A stretch of 64,000 bases of DNA from Candidatus Woesebacteria bacterium GW2011_GWC1_42_9 (GTDB lineage: Bacteria > Patescibacteriota > Microgenomatia > UBA8517). Where the stretch lies: NCBI GenBank assembly GCA_000995185.1, contig LCET01000001.1, forward strand, positions 103,028-167,027, in the 5' to 3' direction. How positions within the stretch are numbered: position 1 is the first letter of the stretch; every line of letters begins with the position of its first letter. Made by a program: the position numbers and the translations under genes. A model generated the notes under the pieces. That model worked only from the letters and a program-made list of their open reading frames with translations. It ran no database searches and had not been told where the DNA came from. Positions 1 to 9,550 of the stretch are shown piece after piece.

Positions 1-2
1 TG

Positions 3-1043
3 TTTTTTTCTGCAGGAGTTTTATACTTGGCTTTTCGCTTGATAAATTACTTATCTCCGCGGGACGGTGTCTATGCAATCGTTACAACCTCGAGTAGCAA
101 ATATGACATTTTAAAAAATTTATTTGGATTTCCGATTAAGGCGATATACGAAACTATTTTTCCGCCGAGACTGCTTTTGATTATTTCCCATAGAGTTAGC
201 GTTCTACTGCCAGAGAGCTTGACTGGATCTGTTGGAACGACTGCTTTTGACATCTTCAACGAGCGCATTAGTCTACCATTTGTGGGTGTTTTAATCGTGT
301 CAGTTTTATTATTAGTTTTCATTAAAAATAAAAAAAAGAATTTGTCATCCACTGTTTTTTTGGTCGGGCTTTCTTTCGTGGTTTTAAATAGTTTTGTTTA
401 TGCCCTTTCTCCTGAAAGACCTGATCCTATTCCTGTTATTGATTCTCGAAATCTCTATTTCCCTGCGATTGGAAGCTCCTTGATGTTGGTTGCCTTATTT
501 TCTTTGGTCTTTAGTAAAAACAAAAAAATGCTAATTTTGTTCGTTGCGGCCTTTGTGTCGCTAAATGTTTTTTGGTTACATCGCGAGATTAGTTTTTTGG
601 TTTCAGTGGCACAGGTTCGTAAAACTATCCTCACTCAAATTAAGGAAGAAAATCAGAGGTTGCCTGATAAAGTTATCTTCTACTCCGAGAGCGACAAATC
701 CTATTACGGTATGCCCGAAGCTGAACATATAATGCCTTTTCAGACCAATTTTGGTCTTAATCTCTTTACTTGGTACGCACCAACCGAGAATTTTCCAAGC
801 GGTTTTATTGATGATAATTATAAGTTTTTCCTAACATCTCTGACCGAGGAAGGATATTTTGAAAATGAGTCTAGAGGCTTTGGATATTTTAGAAACTTTG
901 TGTCATTGGAACAGACAGTTTGGGATAATCATTTGTCGGTCGATTCTGTGATCGCGTATCGTTTTGACTCAAGGACCGGCTTACTTGAAAACATTTCCGA
1001 AGAAATTCGTCAAAAATTGGGAGACTTAACGAATTCTTATTAG
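3..1043 (+). CDS. Integral membrane protein, 5'-truncated by the window edge. It is a paralog of the central region of the 4082-6130 protein and is probably a GT-C-type glycosyltransferase-like protein.
   Basis: The frame is open back to base 3, and the TTG at 27 is only the first in-window start. Hydrophobic segments are present. Clear similarity to ORF 4082-6130 (IDSRNLYF..., R(K/R)(T/E)IL(T/S)QIK...KVIFY(S/T)ESD...FGYFRNF). Confidence 0.55.
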   Translation, partial: FFSAGVLYLAFRLINYLSPRDGVYAIVTTSSSKYDILKNLFGFPIKAIYETIFPPRLLLIISHRVSVLLPESLTGSVGTTAFDIFNERISLPFVGVLIVSVLLLVFIKNKKKNLSSTVFLVGLSFVVLNSFVYALSPERPDPIPVIDSRNLYFPAIGSSLMLVALFSLVFSKNKKMLILFVAAFVSLNVFWLHREISFLVSVAQVRKTILTQIKEENQRLPDKVIFYSESDKSYYGMPEAEHIMPFQTNFGLNLFTWYAPTENFPSGFIDDNYKFFLTSLTEEGYFENESRGFGYFRNFVSLEQTVWDNHLSVDSVIAYRFDSRTGLLENISEEIRQKLGDLTNSY

Positions 1044-1987
1044 GATGAAAACAAAATATCGATTGCCCCAATACTACCGCTTTTAGTTAGATAAGATCGG
1101 CCGATGTGTACAATTTTAAATTTGTTGGCGTGATATAAAAATTCGCAAACATCGGTTATGTCCCCTGAATTTGGCCTATCTAAACTACACTCAATAAGTA
1201 CATATTTTGTTTTCTTTAAAGTTTTGGGGCATGTTTTAAGAACGTCTAGCTCAGTGCCTTCAGTATCTATTTTTAATAGATCAATTTTTGATAAATTCTT
1301 GATTTTATCTATCTTGTCCAGTTTTTTTCCGCTCACTTTTTCTACTCTGAATGAATCACTCAGTTTAAAAGCGGAAGCCATATAGTTTATATCGTTAGGT
1401 ATATATAAGTTTGTTGTGGAAGATGAAAGGATTGCGAACGGAAAAATATCCTTTCCTTTTGTGTTTAGCGAAAGTATTTTAAAACTTTCCTCTATTGGTT
1501 CGAAACTAAGAACACTGGAGGCATGTAGAAAGTTTTTGCAAAAAAAATTAAACTGCCCTATGTTGGCTCCGATGTCTACTACCACACTGGGTGAGGGGCA
1601 ATAGTTTGCTAAAAAACTATTGTCGACAAAAACACTTTGAAGAAACGCTACCCCGAGAGGATCCGCATATCGATAATTATCACCAAATAATTTAGTTAAA
1701 TTAGGATGTTTACTCTTTTTTTTGAAGAGAATATTGGTTATCAACGAGATATATTTTTTGGCGATAAAATTTACTTTTGTTTTTAGCCCTATTTGAGGGA
1801 TTTCTAATAGAGCGGCGTCAAATTTAATTGATTTAATCATCAGTCTGGCCGGTCTGTTGTACCAAAACATACCCACCAGTATACTATGGCAAGATATGAG
1901 GGTATACCTGTTTATTGGAACGACCGCAGAGTTGATCAAGATGTCTCCTGTTATCAGAGAATTGAGGGATAGAAAAATAAACTTCAA
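1040..1987 (-). CDS. FkbM-family SAM-dependent methyltransferase.
   Basis: VVDIGANIGQFNFF ... LLKIDTEGTELDVLK matches the Methyltransf_21/FkbM signature. The real start is probably the internal Met near 1840 (MIKSIKFD...), which would make the gene divergent from 1893. Confidence 0.75.
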   Translation of the reverse strand: MKFIFLSLNSLITGDILINSAVVPINRYTLISCHSILVGMFWYNRPARLMIKSIKFDAALLEIPQIGLKTKVNFIAKKYISLITNILFKKKSKHPNLTKLFGDNYRYADPLGVAFLQSVFVDNSFLANYCPSPSVVVDIGANIGQFNFFCKNFLHASSVLSFEPIEESFKILSLNTKGKDIFPFAILSSSTTNLYIPNDINYMASAFKLSDSFRVEKVSGKKLDKIDKIKNLSKIDLLKIDTEGTELDVLKTCPKTLKKTKYVLIECSLDRPNSGDITDVCEFLYHANKFKIVHIGRSYLTKSGSIGAIDILFSS

Positions 1988-2984
1988 ATTGATTACTTCT
2001 GGACAAAATGAAATATTGTTTGATGAATTTATTGATTATTTAGGGCCGGTCAAGCCTGACATATCATTCGGATATAAAAGTAATAAATCTTCAATGATTT
2101 ATTTTGTTTTATGGGCAGTGAGAACTTTCTTTGCAGGATTAGTTTCTCTTCGTAAAGAATTTACTGGGATTAATAAGGAAAATGTGTATTTTGTGGTTCA
2201 TGGCGATACAATTTCTTCTTTAATAGGAGCATTAATGGCTTCGTTTTATGGATTGAAAATCGTCCATGTCGAATCCGGTTTGCGCTCTTATAATTTTTTT
2301 GAACCTTTTCCTGAGGAAATTTCAAGATTCATTATCTCCCGTTTAGCTAATATTAATTTTTGTCCCAATTCATGGTGTGTTGGCAACCTAAAAAGTGCCA
2401 AAGGGATAAAGATAAATACCTCTCAAAATACATTGATAGATATTTTTATGGCGGCGATGAAAGATATTAAAAAAACTCATTTGTCTATCAAACTTCCGAA
2501 AAAATACTTTGTTTTGGTTGTTCATCGACAAGAACACGTTATTTTTAGTAGAGAGAAAACAAAAGAAATTTTTTGGCACGTCTTGAAAAATGAAGATAAC
2601 CTTGCTTGTGTTTTAATTATGCATAAATTGACCTCAGATTTTCTTAATTCTTTTGGAGTAGACACAAAATTATTAGTGAGGAGGGGCGTGATCCCCGTGC
2701 CTAGGCTATCATATTTTCGGTTTATGAAAGTTATCGCTGGCGCCCAATATTTCATTACTGATGGAGGGAGCAATCAAGAAGAAGCGTTTTATTTGGGGAA
2801 ACCATGTTTGCTATTAAGGAAGCGTACGGAGAGAATCGAAGGCTTGGGGGGTAATGTAGTATTAAGTAAATTGAACAAACAGACAATAAGTAAGTTCCAG
2901 AAGAATTATAAAAAGTACCAGCGCCACAGAGTGCGATCCAAGATTTCTCCAGCAAAAATTATTGTCGATTATCTACGAATTTAG
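1893..2984 (+). CDS. UDP-N-acetylglucosamine 2-epimerase-like protein (WecB/NeuC family, divergent).
   Basis: VVHGDTISSLIGALMASFYGLKIVHVESGLRSYN..PFPEEISRFIISRLANINFCP parallels the epimerase core HGDT...HVEAGLRT...PFPEE..NR...LA.LHFAPT. The ORF track start is 1857; the Met at 1893 avoids overlap with the divergent gene. Confidence 0.65.
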   Translation, partial: DMRVYLFIGTTAELIKMSPVIRELRDRKINFKLITSGQNEILFDEFIDYLGPVKPDISFGYKSNKSSMIYFVLWAVRTFFAGLVSLRKEFTGINKENVYFVVHGDTISSLIGALMASFYGLKIVHVESGLRSYNFFEPFPEEISRFIISRLANINFCPNSWCVGNLKSAKGIKINTSQNTLIDIFMAAMKDIKKTHLSIKLPKKYFVLVVHRQEHVIFSREKTKEIFWHVLKNEDNLACVLIMHKLTSDFLNSFGVDTKLLVRRGVIPVPRLSYFRFMKVIAGAQYFITDGGSNQEEAFYLGKPCLLLRKRTERIEGLGGNVVLSKLNKQTISKFQKNYKKYQRHRVRSKISPAKIIVDYLRI

Positions 2985-2989
2985 GAGCG

Positions 2990-4063
2990 ATGAAGCGAAA
3001 ACTTGTAAGTATTATTATTACAACTTTTAATTCTCAAAAAACTTTGTCTTTAGTTCTCAGATCAATTAAGAGACAAACTTTTTCACAAAAACAGATTGAG
3101 GTAATTGTTGTTGATGGTGGATCGTCTGATGAAACAGTAGCCATCGCCAGAAAATATAAAGCGAAAATCATTATTAACCCGCGTACAGAGCAGAACTATG
3201 GTAAGTTTTTGGGATATTTGAATGCCAAAACAAAGTACATCATGTTTCTTGATTCTGATGAGGTTATTGAAAATAAAAGTTGTCTAGGAATTAGGACTGA
3301 GGCCTTTACCTCAAACCCTAACGTTAAGGCAGTGATCGGTTCAGGTTACAAAAACCCGCGCGGGTATCCCTTTATTAATAAATACATCAATGAGTTTGGC
3401 GATCCATTTTCTTTTTTTATTTATCGGCTTTCTAAAAGTACAAGTTTTTTTATGAGTGAGATGAAGAGAAGATATAAAGTTATTGAGGAGACGAAAGAAT
3501 ATGTTATTTTTGATTTTTCTGGTATTGGTAATTTACCACTTATCGAGTTGACGGCTGGGGCAAGCATGATTGATGCAGAATTTTTTAAGAAAGAATTTCC
3601 TTTTCTAGAAAAGAGAGTAGGGTTACTAAACCATTCTTTCCATCTTCTTCTTTCAAAATTTCCTTGTCTGGCTATCGCTAAGAATGATGCCGTGATTCAT
3701 TACTCCGCCAATAATATTTCGATATATCTTAATAAAATCTCTTGGAGAGTTAAAAATAACGTTCATTTCGTTTCAAGTGCAGGACTCTCGGGATTTGTGG
3801 GTAGAGATCAGTTCCAATCTCAATTTATATTGAGATATAAAAAATATTTATTTATTCCCTATGCTTTCTCATTCGTACTTCCAATATTGGATTCGATATT
3901 TTTAGCCATTACTAGAAAGGATTTAAGATATCTTTTCCATTTCCCACTTTGTCTCTATACTGCAAGTCAAATTATTTATAATTTTGTATTAAAGATTATT
4001 GGCATAAAACCTAAGCTTTTAAGCTATGGTGAAAACAAATTAATCGTTTCAAGGACACAGTAA
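2990..4063 (+). CDS. Family 2 glycosyltransferase (GT-A fold).
   Basis: VSIIITTFNSQKTLSLVLRSIKRQTF...IEVIVVDGGSSDET is a canonical GT2 N-terminus. DSD is present. Confidence 0.8.
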   Translation: MKRKLVSIIITTFNSQKTLSLVLRSIKRQTFSQKQIEVIVVDGGSSDETVAIARKYKAKIIINPRTEQNYGKFLGYLNAKTKYIMFLDSDEVIENKSCLGIRTEAFTSNPNVKAVIGSGYKNPRGYPFINKYINEFGDPFSFFIYRLSKSTSFFMSEMKRRYKVIEETKEYVIFDFSGIGNLPLIELTAGASMIDAEFFKKEFPFLEKRVGLLNHSFHLLLSKFPCLAIAKNDAVIHYSANNISIYLNKISWRVKNNVHFVSSAGLSGFVGRDQFQSQFILRYKKYLFIPYAFSFVLPILDSIFLAITRKDLRYLFHFPLCLYTASQIIYNFVLKIIGIKPKLLSYGENKLIVSRTQ

Positions 4064-4081
4064 GACAGTTATCCGCGGTAT

Positions 4082-6130
4082 ATGTATAATAAGTGGCGCA
4101 TGAGAAGAATGTGGTTGGTTGCGTTGCTACCAGTTTTTTTTTACCTTAGGCTTTTTGTGGGCTTTTTTCAACAGGATGACTGGTTTAGCTATGCGTGGTA
4201 TGTTCTGCACCGGGATTCACTCAGCTATGTATTGGCGTTTTCAGCCAGCCATTTTAATCCTTTTACCGTACTTATCAATCACTTTTTGTTTTCACTTTGG
4301 GGGATGAACTATGAGGCTTTTTTATCGGTTAGTCTCTTTCTCCATACAATGGTAATTATTTTGGTTTACCACTTATCTAAAGAGATTTTTAAACGACGTT
4401 GGCAGGCGGTAATTACAGCCTTCTTATTTGGTATCTTCGCGGCTCATTATCAAGGAACAGCTTGGGTTGTAGTTGATATTAGTACTCATTTGGCTACATT
4501 TTTTGGAATCTTATCGGTAATTTTCTTTTTGCGTCGCCGACTTTGTTTTTCTTTGGTTCTATTAATCATTTCTCTCTTTTTTAAGGAAATTACCATCGGT
4601 TTATTTCCTTTATATTTGCTTCATTTGTTTATTTCTAGAAGGAAAGGCGAATCTAGTTTTTCAAATATGATTATCGTCGTCGGACTTGGTGCGGCGTATT
4701 GTTTGTTCAGACTAGTGATAGTACTTAGTCTCAATCAAACTAATGGCTCTGTAGTGGTCCAATCGCAAAGCATCGCTATATTAGCGTATAACTTTTTCAC
4801 TATTCCTCTAAAGGTTATTTCTCAGAGTATTTTTTCTTCTGAACTGTTGTTGGTGATAGCAAATAAAGTTGGAGAGATATTGCCCAATAGTATTTCCGGC
4901 GACGTCGGGACGCCGAGTTTTGAAGTATTTGTTGTTAAAGTTGTATTAGAAGGATTTTCATTAGGCTTGTCGATTTTGATTTTAGTATTGGTGGTTTGGT
5001 TAGTACGAAGAAGTAAACGGTTAGAAATAAAAAATACTTTATTATTTGGCTTGGAGTGGTTGGTTTTAAACAGTTTTATTTTTTCTTTTGCTCCAGAGCG
5101 ATTGGGAGTGATAGCTACGATTGATTCAAGGAATCTATATTTTGTTTCTGTTGGTACGGCAATTTTCTTGACTTCGGTTGCCTCACGTTTTTATGATAAA
5201 TATCACTTAAAAATAATTTGGATTATGTTATGTATTTTGGTGATAATTAACGCCTTTTGGCTTAATAAAAATTTGACAGCGTTCAGCCGACGAGGAGAGC
5301 TTCGAAGAGAAATTCTGTCTCAAATTAAAATGAATTACCCGGATCTTCCGAACAAGGTTATTTTTTATACCGAAAGCGATCGTGCATTCTATGGCTTACC
5401 GCCAGAAGAGAGAATTCTACCATTTCAGTCGGGATTGGGTCAGACCTTGCTCGTTTGGTATTATCCAGAAGAGCGATTCCCAAATGAATTTTTTGAGGAT
5501 CGATTTTTGTGGGATATTTTGGAAGAGGGATATCGACAGTCAGATGGAAGAGTTTTTGGATATTTTAGAAACTTTGAAAAAATGGCCGAGGCGGTTAGGG
5601 CGCTGGATCTTGATTATCAAAATTCTATCATCGCTTTCAGTTATGATTCAGATGATGGTAGAATAAGGGTGACTACTCCGGAAATTATTGGTAGATTAAG
5701 TGGATATTTTTCTCAAAAAAGAGAAATTCTTTTGACCCCAGAGATGCTTACAGCTAATAGAAAACCTGATGAATTAAGATTGATTATAGATGACGAGAGG
5801 CAAAGTTATTGGAGTTCAGGGGTTCCATATAAATTTGCACTTGAGATGACGATTGATCTGGGTAGTCATAAAAAAGTGGCACAGGTAACAATAGATTCTT
5901 ATAACGATCTTGATCAATCTCAGGTAGGGTATCGGATATTAATTTCTGGAGATGGTGAAAATTGGCAAGAAGTTTTTTATGCCAAGAGGTATCCTCCTGG
6001 TAGTGACGGCCTAGTCGATTTGTACTTTAAACCACAGCCTGCTCGTTGGCTGAAAGTGGAGCAAGTAGGGAGCCATAATTTTGCCCCGTGGGTTGTAAGT
6101 GAATTGAAACTATATGAAGAAATTAACTAA
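4082..6130 (+). CDS. Polytopic membrane protein (GT-C-like) with a C-terminal discoidin/F5/8 type C (carbohydrate-binding) domain.
   Basis: About 10 hydrophobic helices in the N-terminal half. C-terminus: YWSSGVPYKFALEMTIDLGSHKKVAQVTIDSYND...GYRILISGDGENWQEVFY...ARWLKVEQVG fits the F5/8-C pattern (W.S, DLG, I.I., S.DG..W). Confidence 0.65.
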   Translation: MYNKWRMRRMWLVALLPVFFYLRLFVGFFQQDDWFSYAWYVLHRDSLSYVLAFSASHFNPFTVLINHFLFSLWGMNYEAFLSVSLFLHTMVIILVYHLSKEIFKRRWQAVITAFLFGIFAAHYQGTAWVVVDISTHLATFFGILSVIFFLRRRLCFSLVLLIISLFFKEITIGLFPLYLLHLFISRRKGESSFSNMIIVVGLGAAYCLFRLVIVLSLNQTNGSVVVQSQSIAILAYNFFTIPLKVISQSIFSSELLLVIANKVGEILPNSISGDVGTPSFEVFVVKVVLEGFSLGLSILILVLVVWLVRRSKRLEIKNTLLFGLEWLVLNSFIFSFAPERLGVIATIDSRNLYFVSVGTAIFLTSVASRFYDKYHLKIIWIMLCILVIINAFWLNKNLTAFSRRGELRREILSQIKMNYPDLPNKVIFYTESDRAFYGLPPEERILPFQSGLGQTLLVWYYPEERFPNEFFEDRFLWDILEEGYRQSDGRVFGYFRNFEKMAEAVRALDLDYQNSIIAFSYDSDDGRIRVTTPEIIGRLSGYFSQKREILLTPEMLTANRKPDELRLIIDDERQSYWSSGVPYKFALEMTIDLGSHKKVAQVTIDSYNDLDQSQVGYRILISGDGENWQEVFYAKRYPPGSDGLVDLYFKPQPARWLKVEQVGSHNFAPWVVSELKLYEEIN

Positions 6131-9100
6131 CAAATTTTTGAGAAGCTGGACTTCGATAGCAGGCTTAATTTTAGGTTCGACGCCGGTGATTTGGTTTTTG
6201 GGTAGGCCGGGTATTTTGATAAACGGATCCGATACCAATTTTCCGCTGGACCCTCTCAAATGGTTTATTCGGAGATTTTATGTTTGGCACTCAGTATCTA
6301 GTGCAGGCAGTGATTTTTCTTCTTCTCTGGCCGGAATATTTTTTCATTTAGTTCAAGTTGTTCCTTTCATCCTTGGCTTTAATTTACAAACAGTTCAAAT
6401 CATAAGCCTTGTTTTCTGGTTTATGCTAATTACATTTTGTTCATATCTTTTTGCCAATAGTCTCTTCCCAAGATCTAAATTAGCACAAATAGTATTTATT
6501 GTTTTTTATGCATTTAATATTTATCTTTTTAACACTTGGGAAAATGTTAAAGTGGCCAATTTGGCTTTGGTGGCGGCAATCCCATTTGGTGGCTGGATAT
6601 TAACAAGACTTAAAGATGGTTCATTGGGATTGGTTAATGCTTCTTTCTGGTCAATTGTTTTGGGAATAATGCTTTCTGGAAGTGGAATTAATCCGGCTTA
6701 TTTTTTGACATTTTTGATTATTATCTTCATTTTATTTGTCTCAGAGATTGTCTGTGGCATTAGTAGGAAGCGCCTTTTTGATTATTTTATAGTTGTATTT
6801 TTTGTCACTTTAGTCAATATGTTCTGGATCTTGCCAACTTTAAGGTACATTTTAGTTAGTGTTTCTGTTACACATAGTATTGATAGTATTAGTTACACTA
6901 ATTGGATTGATAGTCTTTCCCAAAACACAAGCCTATTTAATGTTTTTCGGCTTCAGGGAGCCTGGGATTGGTACGCCCAGGATTCAGCTACGGGTACGCC
7001 GTTGTATATCCCTTATTCAGTAAATTATTTTAGACGGTTGCCTTTTGTTTCTTTTAGCCTTTTGATTCCTTTTTTGGTTTTCTTATCTTTGTTAGTTAGA
7101 AGTAAAAGGAGGACTAACGGTCATTTTTATCTTGGTTTTGCCATTATGGTCGTCCTTGGCGTTTTTCTGGGAACTGGTACTCATTTACCAACTGGTTTGG
7201 TATTTCGCTTCTTTTCAGAAAGGCTACCGTTTTTTTCTCTCTTTAGAAGTCCTTGGTATATTTTTACACCTCTTTTGATTTTTTCTTATGCCGGATTATT
7301 AGGATTACTAATTTCCACTATACAAAAAAGAACTGCAATTGTTTTTTCTATGACGGTTATTTTGGTTGTTGGTAACTTCTTTTATAATTATCCTCTCGTA
7401 ACCGGTAAAATCTTTCGACCAGCCATGAAAGATAATTTTTTAGTGAAGTTCCCAGAGTACGTTTGGGAGACTAAGGATTGGCTGGATACTGAAGATCAGA
7501 TTAAAGGAAGAATAATCGGTTATCCCGATGATGAAATAGAAAGATTTAAGTGGGGATATGGCGCTGTTGACTCGCTCTTGAATCTTTTTTCAGACAGGGA
7601 GATTCTTTTTCCTTCTTTAAATGCGCCGGATTCAAATCTTTCACTCGTTCTTAAGGAATTTTATATTAGTCTTAAAAAACAGAAATTAACTTCGGCGCAG
7701 AATATTGCCCGAATTTTGAACGTAGGCATGATTTTTGACAAGAGAGACCAAATATCTCTTGCCCCACTTCTCCCAGAGAAGATAACCGGATCACCAGTAG
7801 CGAGGCTTGGTGAGTGGTCATTTTATCAGTTTCCGCAAAAAGATCGATATCTTTCTAAGATATATGCGTCGCAGTTGTTATTTCTTGGGTATCCGACTGA
7901 CAGAGAGGCTGTTTTAAGTCTGGGAAGCTTTGATGGGGAGAGTATTCTTGTTAATTCAAAAGATAGTGAGGTTATAAAAATTTCTGACCTCGAGAGAATA
8001 TCTGGAAGGATAGTATCGTCGATTAACTCGCAAGAGAAAATTTTTCGCGATTTTCAAGAGAAAGAACACACACTTTTTGATCGTTTTACACATCAAGATT
8101 TATCAAGGGTAAATTTTAGTTTTGAAGTCCCAAATGATGGGGTATATCAACCTGTAATAGAGAATTATCGTTTGGGAGATTTTGGTCTTGATTTTGATGA
8201 GGAGTTTAAGATCCAAATTAATGGGCAAGAGCAAACTTGGCAACCGGTCCGATCGACTGATTCGTTGATTTATTTTGCCGGCGTTGAACTTGCCCAAGGT
8301 AAATATGAAGTCGCCATCGAGTTGGAAAATAAAGATTTAGTGAACGAAGATTTTGAAGGAGAAATGAAATTCGAGAGGGAAGGTTCAGAAAGTCAGTTTG
8401 TGATTAGAAATGAAGACACTCGAAGATTTTTGGAGATCGTGAGCTCAAAGGACGCTGATACCTCGGCTGGATTTGTAATTTCGTCTTTTGATCCCTTGAT
8501 CCCATATTATCTTTCGGTTGATTACAAAAAGATTTATGGGGAAAATGCTGCGATTATTGCTGTTCAAGGGCGCGGTCATACCTTAGTCAAAAGTCAGCTT
8601 GAAAGAATGCCTTTATATTCGGGATGGAAGACTTATGGATTTTTTTATGATCCGGTTAAAACAGAGTCTCAAATGAAGGTTTTACTTGTTGCTTCGCGCA
8701 TAGAAGATGTTTTCGGAACTACGGTTTATTATGACAACCTTTCTGTTTACCGAGTTTTCACTAATCGGTTGTTTTTAGTTAATGAGAAAAATACAATTTT
8801 GTCGGCTCCGCAAGTCTATCTCGAAGATCAGTCCCCAGTCTCTTATAAGGGTACAGTTAAAGGAGTTATGGGGCCGCATATTTTAGTTTTCTCGGAGAAC
8901 TATTCTCCTGCATGGGAAATAAAAATCATAAACAGTAACGGCAGAAAAATAGATGTTCGGCCTCTGCATTTTAGCGCGAATTTGTACGCCAACGCATGGT
9001 ATTTAGAAAACCTTCCTGATGAATATTATTTTGAGATATATTATAAACCTCAGAGGTTATTTAAATTGGGGTTCATTATTCTCGTATCGAGTCTGACTAT

Positions 9101-9143
9101 TTCTTTGACCTTCTTATTGGGGAATAGATTGATGAGAAAATGA
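6114..9143 (+). CDS. Large integral membrane protein, YfhO-like GT-C family (1009 aa).
   Basis: Multi-TM N-terminal domain. The YfhO-type C-terminus YSPAWEIKIINSNGRKIDVRPLHFSANLYANAWYLENLPDEYYFEIYYKP is followed by a terminal TM helix. Confidence 0.6.
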   Translation: MKKLTNKFLRSWTSIAGLILGSTPVIWFLGRPGILINGSDTNFPLDPLKWFIRRFYVWHSVSSAGSDFSSSLAGIFFHLVQVVPFILGFNLQTVQIISLVFWFMLITFCSYLFANSLFPRSKLAQIVFIVFYAFNIYLFNTWENVKVANLALVAAIPFGGWILTRLKDGSLGLVNASFWSIVLGIMLSGSGINPAYFLTFLIIIFILFVSEIVCGISRKRLFDYFIVVFFVTLVNMFWILPTLRYILVSVSVTHSIDSISYTNWIDSLSQNTSLFNVFRLQGAWDWYAQDSATGTPLYIPYSVNYFRRLPFVSFSLLIPFLVFLSLLVRSKRRTNGHFYLGFAIMVVLGVFLGTGTHLPTGLVFRFFSERLPFFSLFRSPWYIFTPLLIFSYAGLLGLLISTIQKRTAIVFSMTVILVVGNFFYNYPLVTGKIFRPAMKDNFLVKFPEYVWETKDWLDTEDQIKGRIIGYPDDEIERFKWGYGAVDSLLNLFSDREILFPSLNAPDSNLSLVLKEFYISLKKQKLTSAQNIARILNVGMIFDKRDQISLAPLLPEKITGSPVARLGEWSFYQFPQKDRYLSKIYASQLLFLGYPTDREAVLSLGSFDGESILVNSKDSEVIKISDLERISGRIVSSINSQEKIFRDFQEKEHTLFDRFTHQDLSRVNFSFEVPNDGVYQPVIENYRLGDFGLDFDEEFKIQINGQEQTWQPVRSTDSLIYFAGVELAQGKYEVAIELENKDLVNEDFEGEMKFEREGSESQFVIRNEDTRRFLEIVSSKDADTSAGFVISSFDPLIPYYLSVDYKKIYGENAAIIAVQGRGHTLVKSQLERMPLYSGWKTYGFFYDPVKTESQMKVLLVASRIEDVFGTTVYYDNLSVYRVFTNRLFLVNEKNTILSAPQVYLEDQSPVSYKGTVKGVMGPHILVFSENYSPAWEIKIINSNGRKIDVRPLHFSANLYANAWYLENLPDEYYFEIYYKPQRLFKLGFIILVSSLTISLTFLLGNRLMRK

Positions 9144-9550
9144 TTGAAATAATACTATTACAGATATCTTTGGGTAAAAAAGGGCTCAAAAAGTGGTCAC
9201 GGGATCACATTGTAAATTTATCTTTGTTCAATTTTATTGTGTTTATGCTGCTTTTACTTCGGTCTGCCGGCTATTTTCATCCATTTTTTTTATTAAGTAT
9301 CAATGTAGTAATTTTTATAACCTTAATCTGTGCAATAGTTTTGTTGAATGCGGGAACGCGATGGTTATTTGCGATGGCTGCATTGTTTTGGATTTTCGCA
9401 TCATTCATGAGAATACTTAAAATAGATGTGTGGGCAGAGAGGACGGCTATTTATACCTATCAATCTTTGTTATTGGGAGTGGCATTAATGATAATTGAAA
9501 ATATAAAGGGAAATTTCGGGAAGCCTTGGAAAGATTTCTTCAGGACCTGA
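9140..9550 (+). CDS. Small hydrophobic membrane protein of unknown function. Its 3' end overlaps the convergent gene 9485-10831.
   Basis: ORF with 3-4 predicted TM helices. No family recognised. Confidence 0.35.
   Translation: MIEIILLQISLGKKGLKKWSRDHIVNLSLFNFIVFMLLLLRSAGYFHPFFLLSINVVIFITLICAIVLLNAGTRWLFAMAALFWIFASFMRILKIDVWAERTAIYTYQSLLLGVALMIIENIKGNFGKPWKDFFRT

Noticed and set aside
71-352. Many short ORFs in the track lie antisense to, or nested inside, long well-supported genes. Examples are 71-352, 889-1071, 2388-2955, 4119-4307, 5382-5666, 13203-13526, 24533-25039, 34078-35169, 36012-36676, 50207-50536 and 53577-53975.
   Set aside because: They are embedded within confidently assigned CDSs on the other strand or frame. 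They lack start-codon contexts and are typical shadow ORFs of AT-rich DNA.
9485-9550. 66-bp convergent overlap between the small membrane ORF 9140-9550 and the DUF2723 gene.
   Set aside because: The likeliest explanation is that the 136-aa plus-strand ORF is spurious or ends earlier. This is not evidence of a biological antisense arrangement.
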